A stretch of 52,652 nucleotides of DNA. Source: Candidatus Zixiibacteriota bacterium (lineage in GTDB: Bacteria > Zixibacteria > MSB-5A5 > UM-FILTER-46-8). Below, in pieces: positions 1 to 10,599 of this stretch. The position numbers were made by a program, and so were the translations under genes. A model generated the notes under the pieces. That model saw nothing but the letters and a program-made list of their open reading frames with translations. It was not told the DNA's origin and did no database searches. The stretch covers positions 1 through 52,652 of the forward strand of contig WJIJ01000082.1 in NCBI GenBank assembly GCA_014730345.1, given 5' to 3'. The stretch's first letter is position 1. Each line of letters opens with the position of its first letter.

Positions 1-35
1 CACTCCCCTTCTTTTAAGTCTCCGCGAAACCGGGG

Positions 36-401
36 TTAAACCCGGAACTTTTCTACAAAATCTGAAAAGAATGGCAGATTGAATTCCTTTCCCTGTAATC
101 CATGGATAATACCGATGATTGCGATTATGGCGCATACAACCAGAATCAGTTTCCAGAAGAACTCTGATATTCCCGGGAAAAGGAAAATCACGGCCACGAT
201 CTCGATCAGGAAAAGCAGAAGCCCCTGTTTTCCATGTTTGACAGCAAACTTATTATCGCGCATCATAACCAGCGGGATAAAGCAGAGAAACGGGATATAG
301 CCAAGGATAGCGCCTGACTTACCTTCCTCTATCTCGCGGTACTTCTCGTAATCCTGTTCGAAGTTTTCCTGGTTTTCCGGATTTTGGTTTTGTTCAGCCA
401 T
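36..401 (-). CDS. DUF4870-like small membrane protein
   Basis: 121 aa; hydrophobic helices with the pattern AILGYIPFLCFIPL...FAVKHGKQGL and a C-terminal FNLP. Confidence 0.65.
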   Translation of the reverse strand: MAEQNQNPENQENFEQDYEKYREIEEGKSGAILGYIPFLCFIPLVMMRDNKFAVKHGKQGLLLFLIEIVAVIFLFPGISEFFWKLILVVCAIIAIIGIIHGLQGKEFNLPFFSDFVEKFRV

Positions 402-425
402 TATAAAAAGCCTCTGATTTCGAGT

Positions 426-2588
426 TTACCAGAATATCGAGTCCGGGGCCGCAGTGGGAAGTTTAAATGATATAACATCCACCGGAGGCCAGACTTCTAA
501 CTCCTGCTCATTATGCGACACAATCAGGCGGAAGTCAAACTGAAAATTGCTATCGTCCCCAAAAACACTCATGGGGATTTTAATTTCGAAAATAGTATCG
601 AGAGCGGCCTTCAGTTTATGTTCAATTTCTTTTCCATTAATGACTTTGATAGAATCATCATTCCCGTTGAAGATTATTGTCAATTTGGCCGGGGAAAGAA
701 ATTCGAACTTAAAGGTAGTTTCCCTGAATATCTTGTGTTCAAGAGTATTATCGGGATCGACCCTTAAAAAGAGGTTTTCGTCGTCAAAACCGAAATATAC
801 GCCTCGGGTATGATGTATTGCCCGGTGCATTGTAGAGCCTGCCTTGGTGCAATCGAAATAACCTGATGAATACCATTCGTAGAAGTTGCTGTTGCGGCCA
901 TCGATAATAGGTTCGATATAATCGGTAGGCATCAATATGTTGGCGCTCAGGAAGTTACTTCGAATCGGCTTGAGTAATTCTTGAGGAACCTCTTTTCCTA
1001 AGAGTTCATAAATATATATCAAATTTGAGCGGAAAAGGGAGTCGAACTGGTCGTTATTCGCTCCCTGGTGTTCGTCCCCAAACCACCAGCACCAATCGGA
1101 ACCCTCGGCAATGTAAATCTCCCTCCAGGCGAGTTTCAGCTTTTCCTCGTTGAAGTTTTTACCGTCATCGCTGTTCTGGAAATCTTCAAGGGTTTTACGG
1201 GTTTTATACAAGAGATCCCAGGCGAGGTTGTCTTCCTCATGCCCAATCCATACATTATAATTGTGGTTTATCCATGAACCGGGATGCAAATTCTTAATCT
1301 CTCCCCTATCGCCATTGTTTTCCAGATACTGAGATATAGTACATGTTTCAATTTCGGGGTGCTCGCTGAGTTTAGTGTATAAAGCGCGGAAAAAATCATT
1401 TCCATCATTCAAATAATATTCCCAGGCGTTTTCTCCATCGAGGATTACGGGTATTAAACGGTTCGAAGCGCCAATATTATTAAGGTGGCTTTTCAAACCC
1501 ATCAGCTTATCGACAAAATCAGCGGCGGCATCCTCGGGATTCCAATTCGCGTACACAAAACCCAACCTGTCGGATAGAGTATGGTCGCGGAAGATAATTG
1601 ACATATCATCCGGGCTTTCGATCAGTTTGTATGCCCGGTACAATTCGCCGGTGGCGGAAACATTGTTGGAATCATTCCTGTCGGGAGACCTGCCGATACT
1701 GCGGGCAAGGACTTCCTCGTCGGTTGCTATCCATTTAATGCCGTATTTGCTGATGAGGGGAATAATCTCATTGGCTACCGAACCTTCCGACGGCCACATC
1801 CCGCGGGGATCCCTGCCGAATCTTTGCCGGTAAAATTCCACCGCTTCCCGTATCTGGTAGTCGGCATCCTCGGGGTGCTGGAACCTGTTTTCAGGCAATT
1901 TCAAGTTGGGATCGGATTTCCTGCCCAAATCGGTGTCGCAAAGAAGCGGGAGTATTGGATGATAGTATGGCGTTATGGAAACCTCAATCTGCCCCCTGTC
2001 CTGGACTTCCTTGTACTTGGGAATAATGGATTTTAATATCTCTATCTGCCGGTCCAGTAATTTGTTTTTCTCCTCCCCGGTGAAACCCTTGCCTTTTTTT
2101 ATCAAGCCGGAAATGAAGGAATCTCCGCGGAAGATCGGATCAAACCAGGTCAGGTTGGACCATACCTGTAAATCAGTAAAATCTTTATCATCGAATACGC
2201 CAATTCCCTTGAAGGACTTATCGAGTAACTGGCGGTAACGCGGGTAGGGTTGTATCATTGTTGGATGATGCGCCGAGAAGAAGCTTGATAATATCTCGTT
2301 TTTCTCAGTATCGTTAAGCTCGCCGGCCTTTTTGCGGCTCAATTCCAGGTGACGGTCTGAGCCCCCTCCTTCGATATACTCTTCGATTTGCTCAATAAGC
2401 GAGGGAACGAGATTAAAGGTTTGCTTGATTTTTGGAAAATCATCAAGAATCGCTACCATATCGTAGTAATCCTTGATACCATGCAACCTTACCCAGGGCA
2501 TCTGAAAATACTTGTCTTTCAGATTACGGTAATATGGCTGGTGCATGTGCCATAGGAAAGCAAGTTGAAGCTTGTCGGTTCGAGCCAA
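426..2588 (-). CDS. glycoside hydrolase family 57 protein (amylopullulanase-like)
   Basis: GH57 conserved regions WHMHQP, YYHPILPLL, GMWPSEG (nucleophile Glu), ILDGENAWE (acid/base Asp), AEGSDWCWW; TTG start. Confidence 0.93.
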   Translation of the reverse strand: MARTDKLQLAFLWHMHQPYYRNLKDKYFQMPWVRLHGIKDYYDMVAILDDFPKIKQTFNLVPSLIEQIEEYIEGGGSDRHLELSRKKAGELNDTEKNEILSSFFSAHHPTMIQPYPRYRQLLDKSFKGIGVFDDKDFTDLQVWSNLTWFDPIFRGDSFISGLIKKGKGFTGEEKNKLLDRQIEILKSIIPKYKEVQDRGQIEVSITPYYHPILPLLCDTDLGRKSDPNLKLPENRFQHPEDADYQIREAVEFYRQRFGRDPRGMWPSEGSVANEIIPLISKYGIKWIATDEEVLARSIGRSPDRNDSNNVSATGELYRAYKLIESPDDMSIIFRDHTLSDRLGFVYANWNPEDAAADFVDKLMGLKSHLNNIGASNRLIPVILDGENAWEYYLNDGNDFFRALYTKLSEHPEIETCTISQYLENNGDRGEIKNLHPGSWINHNYNVWIGHEEDNLAWDLLYKTRKTLEDFQNSDDGKNFNEEKLKLAWREIYIAEGSDWCWWFGDEHQGANNDQFDSLFRSNLIYIYELLGKEVPQELLKPIRSNFLSANILMPTDYIEPIIDGRNSNFYEWYSSGYFDCTKAGSTMHRAIHHTRGVYFGFDDENLFLRVDPDNTLEHKIFRETTFKFEFLSPAKLTIIFNGNDDSIKVINGKEIEHKLKAALDTIFEIKIPMSVFGDDSNFQFDFRLIVSHNEQELEVWPPVDVISFKLPTAAPDSIFW

Positions 2589-2619
2589 AAGATTTCCCTC
2601 TCGGTAGAATATTATAAGG

Positions 2620-3303
2620 TCAATTCATTCTTTTGACTTCTTCAATCTCCTTGTTGGCGGCGGTTCTCTGGAGAGAAAGAGGATGCTCTTCCTGTATCCG
2701 CTCATAAACCATCAGAGCATTTTCCTTATCTTTAGCCGCTTTGTAGCATCTGGCGGCATCGAGCAGGAGATATGCCTTTTCCTCGCTACTCGTACTCATT
2801 TCAACCGCTTTAAGGTAGTAATCCGCTGCCAGTATATAATCCTTAAGACCCCTGAGCGCAACAGCCATCCCATTAATCGCTGACCTCACAAGCAAATCTG
2901 GTCCCTTTTCCCCGAACTTATCGAGATATTCCTGGTAGATGGCACGCGCTTTGTCATACTCGCCGGTATCGTTGTAAATCCTGCCCAGGTAAATATAGGC
3001 TTTTTGACCGTTTATGGTAGAACCATAATTTTCAATGGTTTCCAGGTAGTATTCAATAGCGCCTTCTGCATCACCCATCATCGCGGCGATATCGCCTTTG
3101 CCAATCTCAGCAACTGACTGGGCGCGTTTTTGCTCAACCGAGTAGTTATACCACCATACTCCGGCGCCAATGGCTATAATAACAATCAGCCCAATGATAA
3201 ATATTGGCTTATTTTCCTGCACATAATCTGAAACACGAAAAGCTGTGGTAACCAGCTTATCCTGTTTCATCTCTTTTCTTGTAATTCTTCTTTGAGCGCT
3301 CAT
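2620..3303 (-). CDS. membrane-anchored TPR protein (YfgM-like)
   Basis: N-terminal RITRKEMKQD, one TM helix, then TPR-like repeats (AYIYLGRIY...YDKARAIY). Confidence 0.75.
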   Translation of the reverse strand: MSAQRRITRKEMKQDKLVTTAFRVSDYVQENKPIFIIGLIVIIAIGAGVWWYNYSVEQKRAQSVAEIGKGDIAAMMGDAEGAIEYYLETIENYGSTINGQKAYIYLGRIYNDTGEYDKARAIYQEYLDKFGEKGPDLLVRSAINGMAVALRGLKDYILAADYYLKAVEMSTSSEEKAYLLLDAARCYKAAKDKENALMVYERIQEEHPLSLQRTAANKEIEEVKRMN

Positions 3304-3365
3304 CTATAGTTTCGTTCTCCTAATAAACATTTCGGATATTTACAGATAGTTCTTTAATTTTATAG

Positions 3366-3392
3366 AAAAAGGCGAAACTTATGTTCCGCCTT
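3366..3392 (-). terminator. intrinsic terminator after the outer-membrane barrel gene
   Basis: minus strand AAGGCGGAAC-ATAA-GTTTCGCCTT followed by a short T-run. Confidence 0.65.
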
Positions 3393-3419
3393 GTATATTC
3401 ACTTGGAATTACATGTCTC

Positions 3420-4862
3420 CTAAAATTTCATTGAAAGGGCCGCGAATAGCCTGCTTACTTTTTCATCGTAATTTCTTGTATATTCCCTGCCCGCGTAATC
3501 GCCGTTAATTCGGGTTTCTGTTACAGTCCGCTCAGCAGTTCCATACTCATAAGCGAGATCGAGCGCGACATTTTTATATACAACACCCGTGCCAAAAGTC
3601 AAAATATACCCTTCCACCTGATCACCGTATGCGGTTTTTTCGCCAAAAGTACTCGAACCCTGGACCGTATCCTCTGGCACCATAAGCCCTGTGCTGTCGG
3701 TTAAAATCATTTCATCGCCATATACTTTGGGATCATTGCGGTATCCGACTCTCAATGGTATGGTGATATTGCTGATATCAACCAGATACTCAGCGCCTAT
3801 TCGATATTGATTTATGTTGTTCCAATGGGCATCGATTTTCTGATTGGGAATAAGCGGATCGGTGTACTCATATTCCATCTGGTCAATCCAGAATGGATGC
3901 ATAGAGAATTCGGTATCCTCAAACCCGTACGTTGAATAATCGGCGGCAATTGTTAAACGTTCCTCCATCGTATATGCGGCCCCAAAAGCTAATCCGAGTG
4001 GGAATTCGATCTTGGTATCGGAGTTATAATAGATTCCGGATTCGCCGGTGTTGGGGATATTTACCGCGCTTAAAACAGTACTGTTCTGTTTTAGTTTGAA
4101 AGGAGTTGAAACTACAGCTCCGACACCTAACCCACCGAATCTACCCTGAAGGCCTATATCGAAGTTAAATCCCGTGTAAGATGCTTTGCTCCTTATGTGA
4201 ATTGGAGCGAAATACAATGTATCGCCGCCGGTGTCCGTAATCGGCGTTCCCGGCCTTTTTTCTATCCAATCCTCGATAAATCCACGGATATAGATATTGC
4301 CGTTTACACCAAGCGCGATATTGGGGATAATCTGGGTCGCGGCGGTAATCTTAACAACCTCCACTCCCAACCTCATCTCGTATTCCTCAAGATTATCCTC
4401 ATCTTCAAATTTGTATTCTTTTGAAAGATCAAACATTCGGTAATAATTCAAACCTATCGCCCAATCCCGGTCATAAAATCTTACCGGAGAAACATAGGCG
4501 TAACTTCCGAACATATTGTTTTTCGATTCATAATCGATATTATAACTGACATCCGCTAATCCACCGCCGGTGCCATCGAGTTTATACTCGATTGTGGAAT
4601 TATTGGATAAAAACTCCGCGAAAGCTTGGCCATCCTTCATAAACGCCGCTCCGGCAGGGTTCCAGGATACACCCGGGGCGTCATCGGAAAGCCCGATATA
4701 TGCGTTACCCATTCCCTTCGCCCTTGTAGATGCCCCATGCGGGTTAAAATTAATACCTGTTTCATCCAAAAACAGTTGCCCATTAAACCATTGGCTCAAT
4801 GCATTTGAAGGGGCAAACATTACCAGCAACGTTACAACCAATCCCAGACGCAATAACATCAT
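3420..4862 (-). CDS. outer-membrane beta-barrel, FadL/TodX/PorV-like
   Basis: signal peptide; GASTRAKGMGNAYIGLSDDAPGVSWNPAG N-terminal motif; amphipathic strands; C-terminal Phe. Confidence 0.8.
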   Translation of the reverse strand: MMLLRLGLVVTLLVMFAPSNALSQWFNGQLFLDETGINFNPHGASTRAKGMGNAYIGLSDDAPGVSWNPAGAAFMKDGQAFAEFLSNNSTIEYKLDGTGGGLADVSYNIDYESKNNMFGSYAYVSPVRFYDRDWAIGLNYYRMFDLSKEYKFEDEDNLEEYEMRLGVEVVKITAATQIIPNIALGVNGNIYIRGFIEDWIEKRPGTPITDTGGDTLYFAPIHIRSKASYTGFNFDIGLQGRFGGLGVGAVVSTPFKLKQNSTVLSAVNIPNTGESGIYYNSDTKIEFPLGLAFGAAYTMEERLTIAADYSTYGFEDTEFSMHPFWIDQMEYEYTDPLIPNQKIDAHWNNINQYRIGAEYLVDISNITIPLRVGYRNDPKVYGDEMILTDSTGLMVPEDTVQGSSTFGEKTAYGDQVEGYILTFGTGVVYKNVALDLAYEYGTAERTVTETRINGDYAGREYTRNYDEKVSRLFAALSMKF

Positions 4863-5012
4863 AACGACAACACTCCTTAATTATATTTACGACTTTTTTT
4901 CCACTCTAAATCGTTGTCCTGACTTTAGCTCCTATCGCCTGTACGATAACAATTTTTCAATTTACCACTCCACGATTTTTTTGGCAAGTCTTATTTTGGT
5001 AAAGATTAAATA

Positions 5013-6731
5013 TTAATCTACCTTTTCAAAAATCCTTATTATACCCTCAACGGCTTCCGTAATATTAACCTTATGGGCTTCACCGGTGTTTCTTATTTTT
5101 ACCTCGACTATTCCCTCTTTCATACCCCTCTCCCCCACCACTACCTTAAGCGGGATACCGATTAAGTCCGCGTCCTTGAATTTAACTCCCGCGCGCTCAT
5201 CGCGGTCATCGAGAAGGACTTCTATCCCCTTGCCCCGGAGTTCCATATAAAGCCTTTCCGCCAGTTCTATCTGCTTATCATCCGAGGAGTTGGTATAGAT
5301 GATGATTATTCCGTACGGGGCAATGGCCTTGGGCCAGATGATTCCATCTTTATCGTTAAATCTCTCTACTGCCGCCTGGGCGGTACGGGTGATGCCGATT
5401 CCGTAGGAACCCATAATAAACGGTTTTTCGTTGCCATCCTCATCTATAAAATTGGCTCCCAGCGATGATGAGTACTTGGTTCCCAGCTTAAATGTATTGC
5501 CGACCTCGATACCCCTGTCGGATTTCAATTTACCATTTTCACATCGCGGACATCTCTCCCCTGCCTCGGCCATTTTCAAGTCGACCGTTTCATGAAATTT
5601 AAAATCGCGGGGATGATTAACATTCAAAAAATGGTAATCGGTCTTGTTTGCGCCGGTAACGAAATTCCGCAGTCCCTTGACCTCATGGTCCACCACCAGC
5701 CGGACATCCTTCAATTCATAGGGCCCCGCGAACCCAACATCGGCGCCGGTCAGTTTCATCACGGTCTGTTCATCGGCCATCTCCAGGTTGTTGCATCCGA
5801 GGTAATTCACCAGTTTCACCTCGTTGATGTTTCTATCACCTCTTATCAGCGCGGCCACGACCTCATCATCCGCCCTATAAAGCAGTGTTTTTACAAGTTT
5901 TTTTGCCGGAAGTTTCAAATAACCGGTTACTTCCTCGATAGTTTTCATGCCGGGGGTATGGACCTCCTCCCGCTCCAGCATCTCCTCATCGGAAGTTTCT
6001 CCATGCTCCCGGAAACCGGCTTTTTCATCGGTAGCGGCATAATCACAACTGTCACAGTAATATATAGTGCTTTCCCCGCCGTCTGTATCGACTATAACCA
6101 TGAACTCATGAGCCCCGGTGCCGCCCATAGCTCCCGTGTCGCCCTCGACTTTGCGTATCTCAAAACCGCACCTCTCAAATGCCCGGAAATAAGCATCGAC
6201 CATGTTCTGGTAGCTTTTCTCCTGGCTTTTCTCATCACGGTCGAATGTATAAGCATCTTTCATGATAAATTCCCGGCCTCGCATCAAGCCGAATCGCGGA
6301 CGGATCTCATCGCGGAATTTCACTTGAATCTGGTAGAGATTTTTGGGCAACTGCCTGTAAGACTGTAATTCGCCCTTGATTAAATCGGTTACGATTTCCT
6401 CATGGGTCGCTCCCAGGCAAAGCCAGCGGTTATGGCGGTCCTGAAGACGCATCTGCTCCCTCCCGATAACATCCCAACGCCCGGAAGCCTGCCATACCTC
6501 CGCCGGATGAAGAACAGGCATAGTTATTTCCAGCGCCCCGGAACGGTCCATTTCTTCACGTACGATATTAGTGATTTTCTGAAGTACCCTCTGCATTAAC
6601 GGAAGGTAGTTATACACTCCGGCGGTAACTTTGCGTATGTAACCGGCGCGCATGAGAAGCTTATGTGAAATCAGCTCCGCTTCAGCGGGATCGTCTCGGA
6701 GGGTGGGGATATATGCCTGGGACCATTTCAT
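5013..6731 (-). CDS. proS: proline--tRNA ligase (bacterial type with INS editing domain)
   Basis: LGATHEE, FRDEIRPRFGLMRGREFIMKDAY, MGSYGIGITR, GVKFKDADLIGIP. Confidence 0.98.
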   Translation of the reverse strand: MKWSQAYIPTLRDDPAEAELISHKLLMRAGYIRKVTAGVYNYLPLMQRVLQKITNIVREEMDRSGALEITMPVLHPAEVWQASGRWDVIGREQMRLQDRHNRWLCLGATHEEIVTDLIKGELQSYRQLPKNLYQIQVKFRDEIRPRFGLMRGREFIMKDAYTFDRDEKSQEKSYQNMVDAYFRAFERCGFEIRKVEGDTGAMGGTGAHEFMVIVDTDGGESTIYYCDSCDYAATDEKAGFREHGETSDEEMLEREEVHTPGMKTIEEVTGYLKLPAKKLVKTLLYRADDEVVAALIRGDRNINEVKLVNYLGCNNLEMADEQTVMKLTGADVGFAGPYELKDVRLVVDHEVKGLRNFVTGANKTDYHFLNVNHPRDFKFHETVDLKMAEAGERCPRCENGKLKSDRGIEVGNTFKLGTKYSSSLGANFIDEDGNEKPFIMGSYGIGITRTAQAAVERFNDKDGIIWPKAIAPYGIIIIYTNSSDDKQIELAERLYMELRGKGIEVLLDDRDERAGVKFKDADLIGIPLKVVVGERGMKEGIVEVKIRNTGEAHKVNITEAVEGIIRIFEKVD

Positions 6732-6755
6732 AGGGAATTTTCCTCGATGTTAAAG

Positions 6756-6828
<73 letters not shown>

Positions 6829-7108
6829 GTTAATTATAGCCTAATTAATTACGGCTTCTCAAACTAAACAGGTAAAACGGCAATTGCTCGGCCTTTTTCG
6901 AACACAATCAAGACCGTTTGCCGATTATTGATAACCTTAAACTATAGCCATGTTAGGGTTTTATGTCAAATGAAATATACAGTAAGGTTGTCACCAATAT
7001 TCCACCCATTCACAACATGCGCAGAAATCATTTCCCGGCGAACAAATACGCTTACATAAATGTTAATTTAATGAACGGGTTATACATGTCCAGAAAGGAG
7101 TCATTATT

Positions 7109-8143
7109 ATGTTAATTACCGACGATGAAGCAATTAAAAACATGATTTCAGAACAGGATGCTTTCAGCCGCGAAGACGAATCGGATGATAAAGAATTCTA
7201 CAAAATACCTCGCATTGTTGAGCACCTCGATGATAACGCCAGAAGTAAAGTTTCTGAGTTGCTGGGAAGCCTTATAGTCGAGGAAAAGCCCAAAATATTG
7301 GACCTGATGGCCGCGGTAAGTTCGCATCTGCCGGACGAAGTAAAAACGGAAGAATTAGTGGGGCTTGGGCTCAATGAAGATGAATTAAAAGCAAATGACA
7401 GGCTTGACCGGTACATCATTCATGACCTCAATCTGGATAAAATACTTCCTTTCGAGGATAATTATTTCGATGTAGTGCTGAATACGGTATCAGTGCAGTA
7501 TATAACCGATCCATACAGGATTTTTGCCGAAGTCGGGCGTATCTTGAAACCCGGGGGAGTGTTCATTGTCATCTTCTCCAACAGGTCCTTTGAAACCAAA
7601 TCAACCAAGGTCTGGGAATTACTCACGGAGAAGGAACGAATTAAAATGGTGAAGATGTTTTTCCACGATTCCGGCAATTTTAAAAAGACCGAATCCTTTA
7701 TTTCCATGGGAAAGCCGCGAAGCAAAGAAGATAAATATTACGAATCAGGAATTCCCAGCGACCCGATCTATGCCGTTTTCGCAGAAAAAACCGGCGGCGC
7801 TGAAAAAAATACTCAACGGACAGTACCCCGCGAGGATGTCCTTTTGCCGTCCAATAAAGAACTGGACAGGCGTAAATCGAAAGTGTCCCAAACCATGAAG
7901 TGCCCGTATTGTATGGAAGATTTACACAAATGGCATATTACCGACAACCCGATGACCACCTGGGACCATGACCTCTATATATGTATTAACGATGCCTGTC
8001 CTTACTTGATTCGCGGATGGCGGGAGATGTATAACCAGGGCAATCGCGGATTAGGATACCGTCTTGTATATGATAAGGTGAAAGATTCGTTCGTAACCAT
8101 TCCAGTACCGAACCTGAACGCTATTAAAAACTCTGTTGACTAA
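7109..8143 (+). CDS. class I SAM-dependent methyltransferase (Methyltransf_11-like) fused to a C-terminal Cys4 Zn-finger-like domain
   Basis: ILDLMAAVSSHLP, LPFEDNYFDVVLNTVSVQY, RILKPGG; C-terminal CPYC...CINDAC; AAGGAG RBS. Confidence 0.8.
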   Translation: MLITDDEAIKNMISEQDAFSREDESDDKEFYKIPRIVEHLDDNARSKVSELLGSLIVEEKPKILDLMAAVSSHLPDEVKTEELVGLGLNEDELKANDRLDRYIIHDLNLDKILPFEDNYFDVVLNTVSVQYITDPYRIFAEVGRILKPGGVFIVIFSNRSFETKSTKVWELLTEKERIKMVKMFFHDSGNFKKTESFISMGKPRSKEDKYYESGIPSDPIYAVFAEKTGGAEKNTQRTVPREDVLLPSNKELDRRKSKVSQTMKCPYCMEDLHKWHITDNPMTTWDHDLYICINDACPYLIRGWREMYNQGNRGLGYRLVYDKVKDSFVTIPVPNLNAIKNSVD

Positions 8144-8174
8144 TGAGACGAATCTTGTGAGAAAGTTTATAAAT

Positions 8175-8203
8175 GTGTTGCCGGGCGAATGACCCGGCAA
8201 CAC
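8175..8203. terminator. hairpin between convergent genes, probable terminator
   Basis: perfect 11-bp inverted repeat GTGTTGCCGGG-CGAATGA-CCCGGCAACAC; no strong T-run. Confidence 0.65.
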
Positions 8204-8212
8204 GCAGTATAT

Positions 8213-9730
8213 TTACTTGAGTAACATCATCCTTTTGATAACGCTATTATTGTCCGCTGTAAGTTTAAAGAAGTAGGTTCCGGATGAATATCCGGAAGCA
8301 TCCCAACTGAGGCTATACCTTCCCGCCTTATTATGGCTGTCAACAAGCGTCGTAATCCGTTGTCCCATGAGGTTATATATCTCAAGCCGGACATCGCTGT
8401 CAGTTTCCAACTCGTACGTTATGGTGGTCGCGGCATTGAACGGATTGGGATAATTGCTAACAATCATGTGGTTTTGAGGTTTCGAGGAATCATCATAATC
8501 GCCAACAAAACTGCCTTTTGCCGTCCATGAATCATAACCTCCCATTTTCACAGGAGGCGCGATAGTGAAATTAAATGAGAATGAATCGTTTACGGTACGG
8601 GTTGAATAATCACCGCTGTAAGAGATATATTCGTAATCCCCCGGGGGAGCGAAATAGGGAACCTGCTGGACAAGATGACCGCTTACATAAAAGCCGCTGG
8701 GGAGATGGATATTATGGAAGGTCCCCTGCTCATAGAAATTTCCGAAGCCCTTCACTCCATACCAAATATCGGTTACTATCATGCTATCGGTCTGATTGCC
8801 AATAACGCCTCTCATCCCGAAAGAACCTCCCGGTTGTGTTATTACCGGTTCCGCGTCGGGAATCATGTAAATATGGCTGTAAATTTCGGACGATTGAGCG
8901 GTTAACATGTAATACTGCCATCCGCTACGGGAATTATCGTAAATCCAATAATGATAGTAATCATCTGACATTCCAGAAATACTAAAGTCAATATTGACAT
9001 CCTCGTATGCCGGCAGGTATCCACTGACGGTATTAAAATGCCATCCTCCATTGGGATAATACCCTCCAAGAGGATCATGCTGGGTGTACGAATAGTCCCA
9101 CTGCGCCCCCGGTGAATATATTATAGGCGGTATCAGGGTGTCGATTGGTATTATTGGCGGGATAATGATAATTTCGCCAAAATCGAAGGGATCCATCCAT
9201 CCCCCTACCCTGGTTTCCAGGCGAATCGCCCTCGCGGTAAAAACCGTTTTATGGCATACACTGGAGCCTTCAACATAGAAGTCAAAGACATCGCCTCCTT
9301 CAGGATCAACACGGGTTAATACTACGACTTCCCAATCGGGCTGAGGTTTGAGAGTCCCATGTATAACCAGCAAGTTTGAATCCGGATAATAATGAGACTC
9401 TGCTTCATTCACTCTTTCCGAGAAAAGCGAGATCTGGTTATGGTTATAATAGTGACCACTACAACCTTCGGCGGCGAATTTCTCTATGCCCGCTCCATAG
9501 ATCTTGAGCGTGAAATATTTTGTCCTGGTAGGGTCGTAATAGTTTGAGATAGCATACCACAAGCTACCTCCCGGCGGAACAACAACCTGTCCCGGGGTTT
9601 GCCATGGATGATTGGGCGGTTCGCTCTCTCCAGGGTTCTCTGTAGCCATCCATTCGACCCAGGCATTAGCCGTCACCGCGTTAAATAGTAATGCCCCAAC
9701 CAATAGAATAATAATGCTAAAATATTTCAT
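8213..9730 (-). CDS. secreted protein with T9SS type-A-like (Por_Secre_tail/FlgD-Ig) C-terminal domain
   Basis: signal peptide ending ANA; C-terminus SNYPNPFNAATTITY...LEIYNLMGQRI...SSGTYF...KRMMLLK. Confidence 0.85.
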   Translation of the reverse strand: MKYFSIIILLVGALLFNAVTANAWVEWMATENPGESEPPNHPWQTPGQVVVPPGGSLWYAISNYYDPTRTKYFTLKIYGAGIEKFAAEGCSGHYYNHNQISLFSERVNEAESHYYPDSNLLVIHGTLKPQPDWEVVVLTRVDPEGGDVFDFYVEGSSVCHKTVFTARAIRLETRVGGWMDPFDFGEIIIIPPIIPIDTLIPPIIYSPGAQWDYSYTQHDPLGGYYPNGGWHFNTVSGYLPAYEDVNIDFSISGMSDDYYHYWIYDNSRSGWQYYMLTAQSSEIYSHIYMIPDAEPVITQPGGSFGMRGVIGNQTDSMIVTDIWYGVKGFGNFYEQGTFHNIHLPSGFYVSGHLVQQVPYFAPPGDYEYISYSGDYSTRTVNDSFSFNFTIAPPVKMGGYDSWTAKGSFVGDYDDSSKPQNHMIVSNYPNPFNAATTITYELETDSDVRLEIYNLMGQRITTLVDSHNKAGRYSLSWDASGYSSGTYFFKLTADNNSVIKRMMLLK

Positions 9731-10109
9731 TATTTTTTCTCCTTTAAGATAAACTAATTAATTACGTGAGTATTATAGATAATTTTATAAGGAGGTGTAT
9801 TTAACGGGGCGGGGATCGAGGAGATGTCCGATTGGAAACAATAATTTCCCTTAAGTAATGGCATTCAACATTATCTGTCGAATCCCTGCTAACCAAATTT
9901 ACGAAATAGTCATTAGTCCTGTTCCGATATTTAACGCGGGGTTGCGCAGACTGCGCAGAAAGCCTTTCCGCTCACGAGTACATGCGGCGATGAAGATTCA
10001 TCGAAATCCCTTTATTTAAGCGCACCACTACAGCGTTTTTAAAAATAGATGATATTTCTACAATTGTCAAGAAATTACTTAAATAAGGATGGTTTTATTT
10101 TAATTTTGC

Positions 10110-10595
10110 TCAGAGATCATAATGTTCGCCCCATACGTCATCGCCTTCGATAAAAAGTTGACCATAGGTGGGGTCGGAACGTCCGCCGCCGGATAAGGGT
10201 CCGGGATTGAACATTAATGTATCGCCGATTTTTTTGCTTAGGGGGATATGTGAATGTCCGAAGAGGATAACATCGGGTTTATGTTCGAATGACTTATAGA
10301 CCCGTTCGGCGAGCCCCTCGGGGGAACCCCAGCCGTGAGTTAAACCAATGCTTTTACCCTTCACCGTAACTACTTTGCGTTCAGGCATTGACGAACGCAG
10401 ATGGTAGTCGTCCATGTTGCCGAAAACCCCATGAAACTCGGCGCCGGATTGGATGAGCTGGTTAAAAGCTTTTTTTGATGTAAAGTCCCCGCAGTGAAAA
10501 AGAATATCCCCGGGCTGAATTTCCTTTAAAATTTTATCAGGAAGGCTCTTAACTCGCTCGGGGACATGCGTATCCGAGATGACGAATATTTTCAT
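10110..10595 (-). CDS. YfcE/MJ0936-family metallophosphoesterase
   Basis: ISDTH, HCGD, GNMD, THG, GHSH, NPG motifs. Confidence 0.92.
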   Translation of the reverse strand: MKIFVISDTHVPERVKSLPDKILKEIQPGDILFHCGDFTSKKAFNQLIQSGAEFHGVFGNMDDYHLRSSMPERKVVTVKGKSIGLTHGWGSPEGLAERVYKSFEHKPDVILFGHSHIPLSKKIGDTLMFNPGPLSGGGRSDPTYGQLFIEGDDVWGEHYDL

Positions 10596-10599
10596 CTAT

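Noticed and set aside
5592-6368. 258-aa plus-strand ORF and the many other plus-strand ORFs in the track
   Set aside because: Antisense shadows of well-supported minus-strand genes, with no recognisable motifs
6920-6927. Plus-strand GCCGATTA (and GCCGATAT at 20922) as sigma-28 -10 boxes
   Set aside because: No TAAA-like -35 at 15-16 bp spacing
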